From the NCBI RefSeq assembly GCF_964204645.1, contig NC_134030.1, positions 2,646,778 to 2,710,777 on the forward strand: a stretch of 64,000 bases of DNA, written 5' to 3'. Every line of letters begins with the position of its first letter. Within the stretch, counting starts at the first letter, position 1. Shown here piece after piece: positions 26,700-39,600 of the stretch. The notes under the pieces are model-generated. The model was not told the origin of the DNA. It saw only the letters and a program-made list of their open reading frames with translations, and searched no databases. Source of the stretch: Tubulanus polymorphus. Its lineage: Eukaryota; Animalia; Nemertea. The position numbers and the translations under genes are program-made.

Positions 26700-27924
26700 T
26701 AATGTTAGGCTAAAATCTCTGATAGAGGGCCTATACGGCATATTGTTTGGCCAAACATAAGATGATATGGTACCGATTACGTAGTATTGTTCGCCCGCTT
26801 TGTCTTGAGTACATTCGGTTCAAGAAAAAGATTGAAATATTTTTTTTGGTAGCTGAGCAGGGTCACGACCCCTGAACCCCCTCTCTGGATCCGCGCCTGT
26901 AAAGATAAGATGGTTTTAATAATATCAAAAGACAATACAGCTAATCAAAATACACCATGCTGTTTACTTCTTGATTTGAATATGATGTGAAATGTACTGA
27001 ATTAGAAGAATTGGTCATGCAACTGAAATTGCTAGACTATGGTATATCAGATTTTGTACTTAAATTTTGTCATTGCTTTTTTTACAAAACCGCCGTAGAC
27101 AGAGTCTGTTTAATTTGTCAATAGAAAATTTCACGTGATATCCATGAAATACATGAAACATAGAGACTTGATCTATAAATAATTCAAATCGGATAAAACT
27201 TGATTCTTTGTTAATTCATAGTATAGGTATTCATGGTATAGTTTGAATAAATTCCTGAAACGAGGAAGTTTGAACGTCAAAATTTTGTAATGAATTCCCA
27301 TAATACTGAACTAAAGTTATATTTTATCCCTCACTGCGATAAAACTCTACATAAATACAGTAGTTGCACATGACAACACAGCTTTGAATAACAGTAGAAA
27401 CTCTGCTTTCGTGGGACTAATTAATTTTCTCCAGGGCAGGAAGTAAATTCTGGGGTAGTCGGAGAGACATGAATGGAAAGTAGAAAGATTTCAAACATCA
27501 AGTGTTGGAAATCGGCTGTGTCAAGTGTAATAGTAAACTTGATCATTATCAATAACAAGAACTATTAACCCTATCCATGTAACATTACTAAAATCGTCTC
27601 TATTTTGAGTCCGAATTTGGATTTATAATTCAATTTCAAAGTGTAAGTCGTCATTTGGATAAGTCATCAACTTTATGGTCCAAACTAGACTTAGGCCAAT
27701 TTCACTATATTCTGATATTTTATTCCTGGTCCAAATTTTAAAGATTTATCCATCTTAAACGCTTTGACCATTACTTGGGTCAGTTGACATCGGTACAGCG
27801 CCAACTTCACCTGAAATTATAAAAAAAAGATAATATTCTTCAGAAAAATCTTCTATTTTTTCAGAAAGAATTTAAGAGAATTAGAAGTCAATATTTACCC
27901 GGATTTTGGAAGGCTTGGTTCATG

Positions 27925-30900
27925 TTACCATTTTCTTTTGGACCGCAGTTGCTGCAGGATATTGCGGTTGTTCATTTCTGTAATCAAGAAATTCTTTTTC
28001 TCGCAAAATGCTTACAGTTAACACTGAGTGGAACAAAGGAATCGACAATTTTAGGCACAAATTAAACAACCATTTCAACATTTTATAATTTCCCTAGTGT
28101 CGCTTGAGCAGGAACGAGCAGCCATTAAATCCATGTCATAATCATAGATTCCTATAAATTCTACTATCTATCCATTCTAAATAAATTCAATCTACTTTCG
28201 ATGATTGAACAGAAATCTTTGATCAAGTGTGACTCTAGAAAAATGTCATTTTGTAGCCCGAGTCTCACATTATTTGTTAGAATCCAAGATGGCTGCTTGA
28301 ATACGATATTGAGTGCAATGTGCTGTCTGCAATTGATAGAATAGAATTAGTACTTACTCTTATAATAGCAGGTCATTACAATTATTATGAGTCCAGACAT
28401 CACTATGATTATCACTATTACAATTACACTCACACAAGCAGCTAGGTTACATTTACACCAACCATCATCACATGGAGGAGGAGCAGGTCCCGCTAAAAAT
28501 GAAATAAAATATTCAAATTCACGCTCATTTATATTCATCAGTCGTACGACTTGTAGGTTCTTCCGAAAATATATCAATTCAAAATGCATTAGAATCTGTT
28601 AAATACAGTAGAAACTGTTTCAAAGAGCGGGGCAGTTCAGCTGGGACTGAAAGATTCAAATCAAATAGTTTTCTACTTGTCTAAAAGTGTTCACTGCTTT
28701 AATACAAACATCGAATAAACTCAACCACGTCTGGGTACAACATATTTTTAGTATTTGAAGGTATTTGAGAACGTTTTATGAATTTCCTTTTTTATCTGAA
28801 GTTGACTATTCATTTCTATAACGTTGTCAACATAAACAACCCAGACTGGCGAGAGTGGAATGCTGTTGAATGCTGAATAGCTGTATGGGAGCTCCATCTA
28901 TAAGTTTGGACGGGAAAAACCCCGGTGATTAATACGGGTAATTGAATTAATTGAAGAAATTATAACGATTTAAGAGTTTTTTGAGAAACTTGACCTCGAT
29001 TTTCAATTGGGTGAAATATTTACATTCTCAATATTACTGAATAAGTGTCAGTATATTGCAGTTTAACATTTACCTGCATATTTCACCAGTTTGTTCGGAT
29101 TATTGACATCATACGCATAGCAACGCACATTCTCAATTTCGGTTGCTTCCTTTAAAACCAGGACACTTTTACTGCGATATTTCAGCCAATTCGGTATAAC
29201 TGGACAACCATCATTATTCGCAGGGTCGTTAGTGAGACTGACTGGATCTTTCTATGAAATAATAAAGAAATTATTGAATAAGAAAATGCTAATTGCAGAA
29301 TTAATGACAATGAGTGAAACCTGAATTCAGAGAATTACTACAATAAGTCGCCTCTAATTTCTATTCCCGAATCTATTTGCTAAGAATAAGACATCACCAA
29401 CTTAATGATCGTCAAAACTAAATGAACTACGAGGACTTAAAAGTGACCGAGTTTAACTGTAATTCAAAAAATTATACTGTTTTCAGCAATGATGTAGTTT
29501 GTGAAAATTTCCCTATTTGATGTAGGCCTTCTTAAAACTTACTGGTTCTGTTCCATCAACCGTCCATTTATATGAATATTGTGAGAATGTACAGGCTCCG
29601 GTTCCTTCATCAACAGAATCTCCCGCTAAACAAGTGAATGTTTTCTTATCATCAGATGATGTCATGTTTATCCACTGTGGTACGTCTGAAGAAAAACAGT
29701 TCATACACATTTCTAAATTTTGAAGGTAAAATTCAATGTTATTCCATTAAACAACTTAATTCCCATAATAGAACGATGACCACACTCAACGTGGTGAACG
29801 GATAATAAGATATAATCCCACTATTTACAGATTAAAAGAATTTAAAAACTTAATTCCCAGCTTCAAACAAATAAGGCCCAATAAAAAATAAATGGTTTTT
29901 TAATGTAAATTGCTTAAATTTTTTACCTTGATGACGCACACCGCAATTCAACCACATTCGCAGTGAAAGGATTTACATAGAGAAAACTAAATTTTGACTA
30001 ATACTCACCAGTAAGAGTGTATTGTAAACTGTCGAATACATTTCCTACGATACATTTAAAAATAGGTGTCCCCTGATTATACCAGCGATCATCAAACATT
30101 TTAAACGTCATCGTTAAATTCGCCTCGGTACCGCTCCCCTCCGGATCGTCTCCCGTACACTTTATATCGAACGTGCTGAAGTCGATAAATAAAGTTGTTT
30201 TCTTGAAAGCTCTCTTTGGGTATTTTCTACAGTTTGTATTGAATGTAACGTATGAATTACGAGGAGCAGTGTCCATAGGTCCTTCAGGTTCAACCCTGAA
30301 CACCGATGAAACACCAGCCGGATTTGGAAAATCTCTAATCGTACACGTCATATTATACCAGTCTGTAGTTAGCATATCAGTTTTGGTATTACTAGTCAGT
30401 GTTATATTGAGAGCCATCACACCTGAAATATAATATATGTATCTATTTAAACACGGTATAAACAGTTAAATTCATCAATTCACAAGAATCAGTGAACACG
30501 AGGCGCTGTAACACCTAGAGAGGAGGAGTGTTCATCATCGCTTGCCAGGGTTCGATTGCCGCCCGCCGAAGCTCACACCAAAACAAACCCTGGCTTAAAA
30601 CCCTTCATCGGTTTATCACATCGCCTGAGATTGCCGCTAAAAGTGGCTATCAGTCTATGTATCAAGCAAATCATGCGGTAGATTCGCTACACATCTGTTT
30701 AGCTAGATATATATAGATTGGTGGGGGCTGAGCAGCTGTCAGTTTGGCATAGAAACCTTAGGCAATTTAATATACCAATGAAATTGAAAGGCAAGCGAGG
30801 GTGGGTGAGGAGAGCTGTAGTCGGTATGTCTGCTGTTTAGGTGTCCCTAATGGTTATGTACCTAACCTTAACACTATTCTTTAATAACACTAGCACCACC

Positions 30901-31116
30901 CAGTGGATAAGGTGACCCAAACTGCAGACCCCAGGGGACCCCAGTACGTAATAACAAATAAATTAGAACAGAATTAAAGAAAGAATGAATGAAAGAATGC
31001 TAACCTGATGAATTCGGGTAGAAGAAAACCAGAATCACCAGAGCAGCAGCAACAGCCGCTGCATTAGCAGCTGCCGCTTTTTTCATCGCCCACGGTTTTA
31101 CAGAACGAATAATCAT
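27925..31116 (-). CDS. Ig-like single-pass membrane receptor, copy 2 (344 aa, short basic tail)
   Basis: Exons 31116-31005, 30422-30009, 29685-29543, 29251-29074, 28492-28358, 27977-27925 (tail KKMNNRNILQQLRSKRKW*). The ectodomain frame and splice sites are intact. Confidence 0.82.
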
Positions 31117-31210
31117 TTACACAAGACGAGTGTTTAATCCTTTAATTCAAACTGGGAGTCTCATAATCGCGTCGTTACGGGGTGATGACGTGATAGGGTG
31201 TAGTTGTAGT

Positions 31211-33538
31211 CACAGGGGTTTGGCGATGGGCTAGACTGGTTGCCTGTCCCATTCAATATGGGACAGGTTTTGCCCGTACGCCATCTTCCGCGGATGTTAC
31301 GGATCCAAACAGATTTCAGTATTTCATCACGTGAACAATGTAACATGGCCGCCTACACTGTGTCTCGATTTACGTTCCATGGACCTCTTTAAAGTCATTT
31401 TTTATACCAATGAAGAAAGAAATTCCATTAAAACTGCCAGGTAACGCTTCTGCAGGCACTTGTTTAGCGTGTGGTACCGAAAATATCGGTATGCAATTCA
31501 GGATGGCTGCGTGACAGCGCCGTCAAAACCTACAGGTCGTCAATCAGCAATTTGGACTGTGTGTGTGTATGGAGGAAACAATAATACATACAATACTACA
31601 ACAATACATCCAATACTACTTGACATACTGAACCTTGCACCAGAGGCTACTTGTTTGTTCACTCGAGGCGATTGATTGATTACCGATTGTTCTTAATGTG
31701 ACATTGGATATCAGCGGTTGATCCAGTGAAAATAATGACATCAACAAGGTAACTTCACCTACTTCCTTACTTCTTCATAAAATAAAAATATGAACATTGA
31801 ATATGAGTGCTATTCCACGAACACTATATTGATTATCTATTGTAGATTATTGTGAGCGTTTTAGTGATGATTTTGTGAGTCACAACTCGTAGGATGTTTT
31901 AAGAAATTGAAGTAATGCATATCAAATTAGCTCAACATGAAAAGAATAGATTGCAATGCATCAAGGTAAGTTTGAAAAATGGATTCTGAACCATTAATTG
32001 TAAAGTCAATCCAGGTTTAATTGTAAGTAAGATATGTATTTTAATTTCAGAATGATAACATCATGCAGTAATCAAAGAGAATAAAGAATCAGTACTAGCT
32101 GTCATGAAATGAGATTCCAAATAACAGGCGGTGAAACTCCTTGATTCTGATAAACTCATCATCATCAGTTACATCAGCAAGCGCCGCTGCGCCAAGATGT
32201 TGTGTACTGTATTTCTCCACTGCTCACGATCTGATAAACTGATGAGGTTTAAAGAGCTGGATTCTGTGAATAACTGTACTAGCGAGCCTTCAATTTGAAT
32301 TGTGATTGGATTATCTGTCTGGTCGAGACATGGTCTTTATGATTCTAAAGACACTATCATTCAAATCGGGGATAGCAGGATCGTCCCCATTTGTCGATGA
32401 AAAAAAAACTACTGTTTTATGTCATGAAATACGTAGTGACATTGCTTATTCTCTTGTCAATTGCTTATTCTCTTGTCAGGGGCTGAACAAGATATTGTAC
32501 CAGAAGTGAACAATAAATATTTAATTCAGTGAAAAAGAATTGGTCGTGATGAATTTTATAATCTATTTCTAGCAAAGTCAACATTGACATTGTGTGGTCC
32601 ATGAGGAGAGAGGATATTGCGAATTTCCAGTGTGATCTGAGTAACTTGTCTTCACCAAAAGTCTCTTAATTTGACTGTGCCAACTAGCTGTCTGTATCAG
32701 GAAATCAGTAGGCTGAGGTGGATCCAAATATCTGATCTCATAAAGCGCTAAGGAGTTCAACAATAGTAAACTTTATTCAGATACTAAATATAGTCAACTG
32801 TATTAAAACATCAATTCACTAAATACATACATCTCAGAAAGGATGTCCCCTGTTCCTTCAATGTTCCGTATTCAGTGACGGTCGCGGCAGAGTTCACCTC
32901 GCATTAGATTTCGATCCTTGTTAGTTTGTATTCCGAGTACCAGGTAAATTATCATTGGATTTATCTGATGCTAACAGCAATTAATGTCTTTCCGTCCATT
33001 GTAAAGGGCAATTTTGATATCGCTCGAAGCTAAGCAAATTCGAAGAGACGCCATCTTAACCAGGAAGTAACTTGCTACTTTACATGTTTGACCTTATTTG
33101 ACATGCGTCAAAAATGCATCCTCGCTTGCCAGGGGTCCGGTATCACTCCCGAACTCGCTTCCACCAGCCCCCTGGCCTCACGAAGCACGATTTCAATACT
33201 GGGGCTGTTGCGCATGACGTCATATATCGATTTGCGAAATACTTCCTTGTTCGGTAAAACGTTCGCTGATTGGTCCATTTAACGGAAAAACCAACAGAAG
33301 TCTACTGTCGTTTGTTACGAGCGCTGTGATTGGTACGACCAGATTCTGGTCGGCTAGTAACGACTCCAACGACTCGTGAGGTCAAGAAGGGGTTCGACGA
33401 ACAACTTTAGCGTAGTGGGTTCGAATCCCTTGACGGGTGAAGATGCAAAAATGTAAAATGGAGGATGGGCACAACCGGTCTCTAATTGAAGATAGAGACC
33501 GGTAACCAGTCTACCAAGCCCATCGCCAAACCCCTGTG
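31211..33538. mobile_element. 2.3-kb non-autonomous TIR DNA transposon (P- or hAT-like)
   Basis: 22-bp TIR cacaggggtttggcgatgggct and 8-bp TSD gttgtagt (31203-31210 / 33539-33546). The empty site is at 24093-24100 in unit 1. There is no intact transposase ORF. Confidence 0.93.
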
Positions 33539-36500
33539 GTTGTAGTATGGAAAATGGAAAACCCAGCAAATCACTTCCTGGTCGACTGATGCGACCTCTA
33601 TCGATAAATCGTTCTACTATAATCAATACAAATTCATTATTCATTGCGCAAAGAAAAGGTCATCCTCGCTTGCCAGGGCTGTCGTCGGGTTTCAACGAAA
33701 CTCTGTATGTTACCCGGGTACCATGAAACATCGTATCAAGTAGTGGATGGATCACGAGATTTGTATTACTACAGGGGCGCGTCTAGGGTCTGAATCAGGA
33801 AGGGGCACACCCATCTGGATTTTCAGCAGGCGCGACCAAATTCACGTCGGTTCGATTTCTAGTTTAGGGGTCGGAAATGAAGACTACTCACTCCGGACTA
33901 GGGGTCTAACCTGCAGGAAATATTTAATGATCAATCAGCCGGTGACCAGGCTAAATGACCTTGTTTTGAGATCCATTTCAAAAATAAACTCCTAAATTAA
34001 TCTATATGAGGTTGTTCAGCAATGCCTGACTGATGACCCGGTTCAGTAACCTGCCTGATTGACCCTGTTCAGCAGCCTGACTGATAAACCCAAATAGACT
34101 CGGTCATTAATGTAAATCTCCATTAAATATATTTCACAGGTTTATTAACAGCATTACAAGAATAAGCAGATAATTTTGAAGCGAATGAATTATTTCTTTT
34201 CGCCCCTTTTTTACATATTTCTCCCGAAAACGTTTGCTATAATATATATTACTCAAAAGAAAATGAGATTTGTACTGTTTTGTACTGTTTTTGTTTCTAT
34301 GGAATTTGAATTATTTAGACTCTCTACCTCAGATCTATTTTTCAAATACTTATTACGGGTTCTTGTTAACAAAAAGTAGATGATGAAAAATATCAACTTA
34401 TGATAGAACACATTATTTTAAAACAGCACACTCCAACTACACAGCAACATTACTCAATCTCATATAGAAATATCATTACTCTCATCTGTACACAGCCCGA
34501 TATCCAAAAGTGATAATCTTAGGAATGATATATAGAACGAATTAAGTGGTCGGAGACTGGTGTTAGATCTAGACAACGGAACCGGTCCAACAATTTTTGA
34601 TAATACAGAATAACTCATTTGGATCGGTTTTATTCGGATTTTCACTAATTTCGGACTAAAATTCCAGTCCTCTCTGTCATTTCTATTCAAATGTTAGCAC
34701 GGACTTCATTAAACTTGTAAAAAAGTCTCCGGGGATCCAAATTAAGCGAGTTCTACTGGATAACATATGTATTGTAGGTTTTCAATCTGCAGCCCTTGAG
34801 ACAATCATTTTTGGAAAATGTCTCTGGTGAAGTTCTGACCACATGTTAGTGATGATGATGATGATGATGATCAGTTTTTGAAAGTGTGCTGACGAAATGT
34901 CTAATGTCTGGTGTTTGTAGTTTATTTTCAATTAAAAATGTCTCGGGTAAAGTTTTGAAAACATGTGGAGTGCGGACGATCAAAATTGGAAGACTGACGA
35001 TTAAGGTGTTGAATGTATTGTGTAAGTGCAGGGTCCAGGCAGCAGATTGATACAACACGATATTGTAATTATTTTGACAAACAAAAAGCCAGCAATAGTA
35101 AGATTAATGCTATTTTACACGCAGCACAAGTGGTTAACTGTGAAAATGACCCAGATTTAGTGAAATTGAAAAATATTTGTAAAAATGATATTTGAAGCTG
35201 ATATGATCTACTACACCGGTCATTCGTATACGCCTAACACCGGTTATGGATTTATTATTTTTACTTGTCTGTTGGTGCAATTATATCAATCATATTACAA
35301 TTAGATATTTAGAAATCAATGACAAAAATAAACTAAATTTTATACATAAACATGATACCTCCTACAATCGGATAGGTACCATAAAGCAGGCTCGGATCTA
35401 GGATTTTTTCCAGGAGGGGGTTCATAAAGGATGTTAATGTTAGGCTAAAATCTCTGATAGAGGGCCTATACGGCATATTGTTTGGCCAAACATAAGATGA
35501 TATGGTACCGATTACGTAGTATTGTTCGCCCGCTTTGTCTTGAGTACATTCGGTTCAAGAAAAAGATTAAAATATTTTTTTTGGTAGCTGAGCAGGGTCA
35601 CGACCCCTGAACCCCCTCTCTGGATCCGCGCCTGTAAAGATAAGATGGTTTTAATAATATCAAAAGACAATAAAAAAATACACCATGCTGTTTACTTCTT
35701 GATTTGAATATGATGTGAAATGTACTGAATTAGAAGAATTGGTCATGGTCATGCAACTGAAATTGCTAGACTATGGTATATCAGATTTTGTACTTAAATT
35801 TTGTCATTGCTTTTTTTACAAAACCGCCGTAGACAGAGTCTGTTTAATTTGTCAATAGAAAATTTCACGTGATATCCATGAAATACATGAGACATAGAGA
35901 CTTGGTCTATAAATAATTCAAATCGGATAAAACTTGATTCTTTGTTAATTCAATCGGGTATAGTTTGAATAAGTTCCTGAAACGAGGAAGTTTGAACGTC
36001 AAAATTTGGTAATAAATTCCCATAATACTGAACAAAGACCAGTTATATTTTATCCCTCACTGCGATAAAACTCTACATAAATACAGTAGTTGCACATGAC
36101 AACACAGCTTTGAATAACAGTAGAAACTCTGCTTTCGTGGGACTAATTAATTTTCTCCAGGGCAGGAAGTAAATTCTGGGGTAGTCGGAGAGACATGAAT
36201 GGAAAGTAGAAAGATTTCAAACATCAAGTGTTGGAAATCGGCTGTGTCAAGTGTAATAGTAAACTTGATCATTATCAATAACAAGAACTATTAACCCTAT
36301 CCATGTAACATTACTAAAATCGTCTCTATTTTGAGTCCGAATTTGGATTTATAATTCAATTTCAAAGTGTAAGTCGTCATTTGGATAAGTCATCAACTTT
36401 ATGGTCCAAACTAGACTTAGGCCAATTTCACTATATTCTGATATTTTTATCCTGGTCCAAATTTCAAAGATTTATCTATCTTAAACGCTTTGACCATTAC

Positions 36501-36651
36501 TTGGGTCAGTTGACATCGGTACAGCGCCAACTTCACCTGAAATTATTAAAAAAAAGATAATATTCTTCAGAAAAATCTTCTATTTCTTCAGAAAGAATTT
36601 AAGAGAATTAGAAGTCAATATTTACCCGGATTTCGGAAGGCTTGGTTTATG

Positions 36652-39600
36652 TTACCATTTTCTTTTGGACCGCAGTTGCTGCAGGATATTGCGGTTGTTC
36701 ATTTCTGTAATCAAGAAATTCTTTTTCTCGCAAAATGCTTACAGTTAACACTGAGTGGAACAAAGGAATCGACAATTTTAGGCACAAATTAAACAACCAT
36801 TTCAACATTTTATAATTTCCCTAGTGTCGCTTGAGCAGGAACGAGCAGCCATTAAATCCATGTCATAATCATAGATTCCTATAAATTCTACTATCTATCC
36901 ATTCTAAATAAATTCAATCTACTTTCGATGATTGAACAGAAATCTTTGATCAAGTGTGACTCTAGAAAAATGTCATTTTGTAGCCCGAGTCTCACATTAT
37001 TTGTTAAAATCCAAGATGGCTGCTTGAATACGATATTGAGTGCAATGTGCTGTCTGCAAAGGATAGAATAGAATTAGTACTTACTCTTACAATAGCAGGT
37101 CATTACAATTATTATGAGTCCAGACATCACTATGATTATCACTATTACAATTACAATAACACAAGCAGCTAGGTTACATTTACACCAACCATCATCACAT
37201 GGAGGAGGAGCAGGTCCCGCTAAAAATGAAATAAAATATTCAAATTCACGCTCATTTATATTCATCAGTCGTACGACTTGTAGGTTCTTCCGAAAATATA
37301 TCAATTCAAAATGCATTAGAATCTGTTAAATACAGTAGAAACTGTTTCAAAGAGCGGGGCAGTTCAGCTGGGACTGAAAGATTCAAATCAAATAGTTTTC
37401 TACTTAAATGTCTAAAAGTGTTCAGTGCTCAAATACAAACATCGAATAAACTCAACCACGTCTGGGTACAACATATTTTTAGTATTTTAAGGTATTTGAG
37501 GATGTTCTATGAATTTCCTTTTTTATCTGAAGTTGACTTTTCATTTCTATTACGTTGTCAACAATAACAACCCAGACTGGCGAGTGGAATGCTGTTGAAA
37601 TAGCGAATTGATTGAAATAGCTCTATTGATCGCTGAATAGTTGTATGGGAGTTCCATGTATAGTTACGCGGGGAAAACCCCGGTGATCAATAGACGTAAT
37701 TGAAAGCTCTAATCAAAACAACTGACAATATCATACTCATATATGAAATGCACGTAAATGATTTTTAAACTGATAAAATGAAAGGAAAGGTTCAATTGAA
37801 ATTACTCTAGCCAAGAGATTTCACTGATTGTAGAATAACAGCAACAAAGCTAGTTTTACTGAATTAATTGAAGAAATTATATCGATTTAAGAGTTTAACT
37901 TTTTTGAGAAACTTGACCTCGATTCTCAATTGGGTGAAATATTTACTCAATATTACTGAATAGGGCCCAGTTTATAGAGGCTAGATATTTACCTGCACAT
38001 TTCACCAGTTTGTTCAGATTATTGACATCATACGCACAGCAACGCATATTCTTAATTTCCGCTGCTTCCTTTAAAACCAGGACACTTTTACTGCGATATT
38101 TTGGCCAATGCGGTATAACTGGACAACCATCATTATTCGCAGGGTCGTTAGTGATACTGACTGGATCTTTCTATGAAATAATAAAACAATTATTGAATAA
38201 GAAAATGCTAATTGCAGAATTAATGACAATGAGTGAAACCTGAATTCAGAGCACCACTTTAATAAGTCGCCTCTAATTTCTATTCCCGATTCTGTTTGCT
38301 AAGAATAAGTCGTCATTTGAATAACTCATCAACTTAATAAACGTCGAAACTAAAAAAACTACGAGGACTTAAAAGTGACCGAGTTTAACTGTAATTCTAA
38401 AAATATACTGTTTTTCAGCAATGATGTAGATTTTTTTTAAATTTCCCTATTTGATGTAGGCCTACTTAAAACTTACTGGTTCTGTTCCATCAACCGTCCA
38501 TTTATATGAATATTGTGAGAATGTACAGGCTCCGGTTCCTTCGTCAACAGAATCTCCCGCTAAACAAGTGAATTCTGTCTTATCATCAGATGATGTCATG
38601 TTTATCCACTGTGGTACGTCTGAAGAAAAACACAGTTCAAACACCTTTCTAAATTTTGAAGGTAAAATTCAATGTTATTCTATTAAACAACTTAATTCCC
38701 ATAATAGAACGATGACCACACTCAACGTGGTGAACGGATAATAAGATATAATCCCACTATTTACAGATTAAAAGAATTTAAAAACTTAATTCCCAGCTTC
38801 AAACAAATAAGGCCGTGAAATTCGCAGTGAAAGGATTTACATAGAGAAAATAAAATTTGGACTACTCACCGGTAAGAGTGTATTGTAAACTGTCTAATAC
38901 ATTTCCTACGATACATTTAAAAACAGGTGTCCCGTAATTATACCAGCGATCATCAAACATTTTAAACGTCATCGTTAAATTCGCCTCGGTACCGCTCCCC
39001 TCCGGATCGTCTCCCGTACACTTTATATCGAACGTGCTGAAGTCGATAAATAAAGTTGTTTTCTTGAAAGCTCTCTTTGGGTATTTTCTACAGTTTGTAT
39101 TGAATGTAACGTATGAATTACGAGGAGCAGTGTCCATAGGTCCTTCAGGTTCAACCCTGAACACCGATGTAACACCAGCCGGATCTGGAAAGTCTCTTAT
39201 CGTACACGTCATATTATACCAGTCTGTAGTTAGCATATCAGTATTGGTATTATTAGTCAGTGTTATACTGAGAGCCATCACACCTGAAATATAATACATA
39301 CACGGTTTAAACCGAGTGGCCATCAGTCTAGTATGGTGGCTGATTTACGGAGTTCTTCTGAAAATATATCAATTCAAAATTCATGAGAATCAGTTAAATA
39401 CAGTAGAAACTGCTTCAAGAGCGGGGCAGTTCAACTGGGACTGAAAGATTCAAATCAAATAGTTTCTACTTGTCTAAAAGTGTTCAGTGCTCAAATACAA
39501 ACATCGAATAAACTCAACCACGTCTGGGTACAACATATTTTTAGTATTTGAAGGTATTTGAGGACGTTTTATGAATTTCCTTTTTTATCTGAAGTTGACT

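Noticed and set aside
34847-34870. His-tag-like C-terminus (HHHHHHH)
   Set aside because: It is a (GAT)n microsatellite at the end of a chance ORF.
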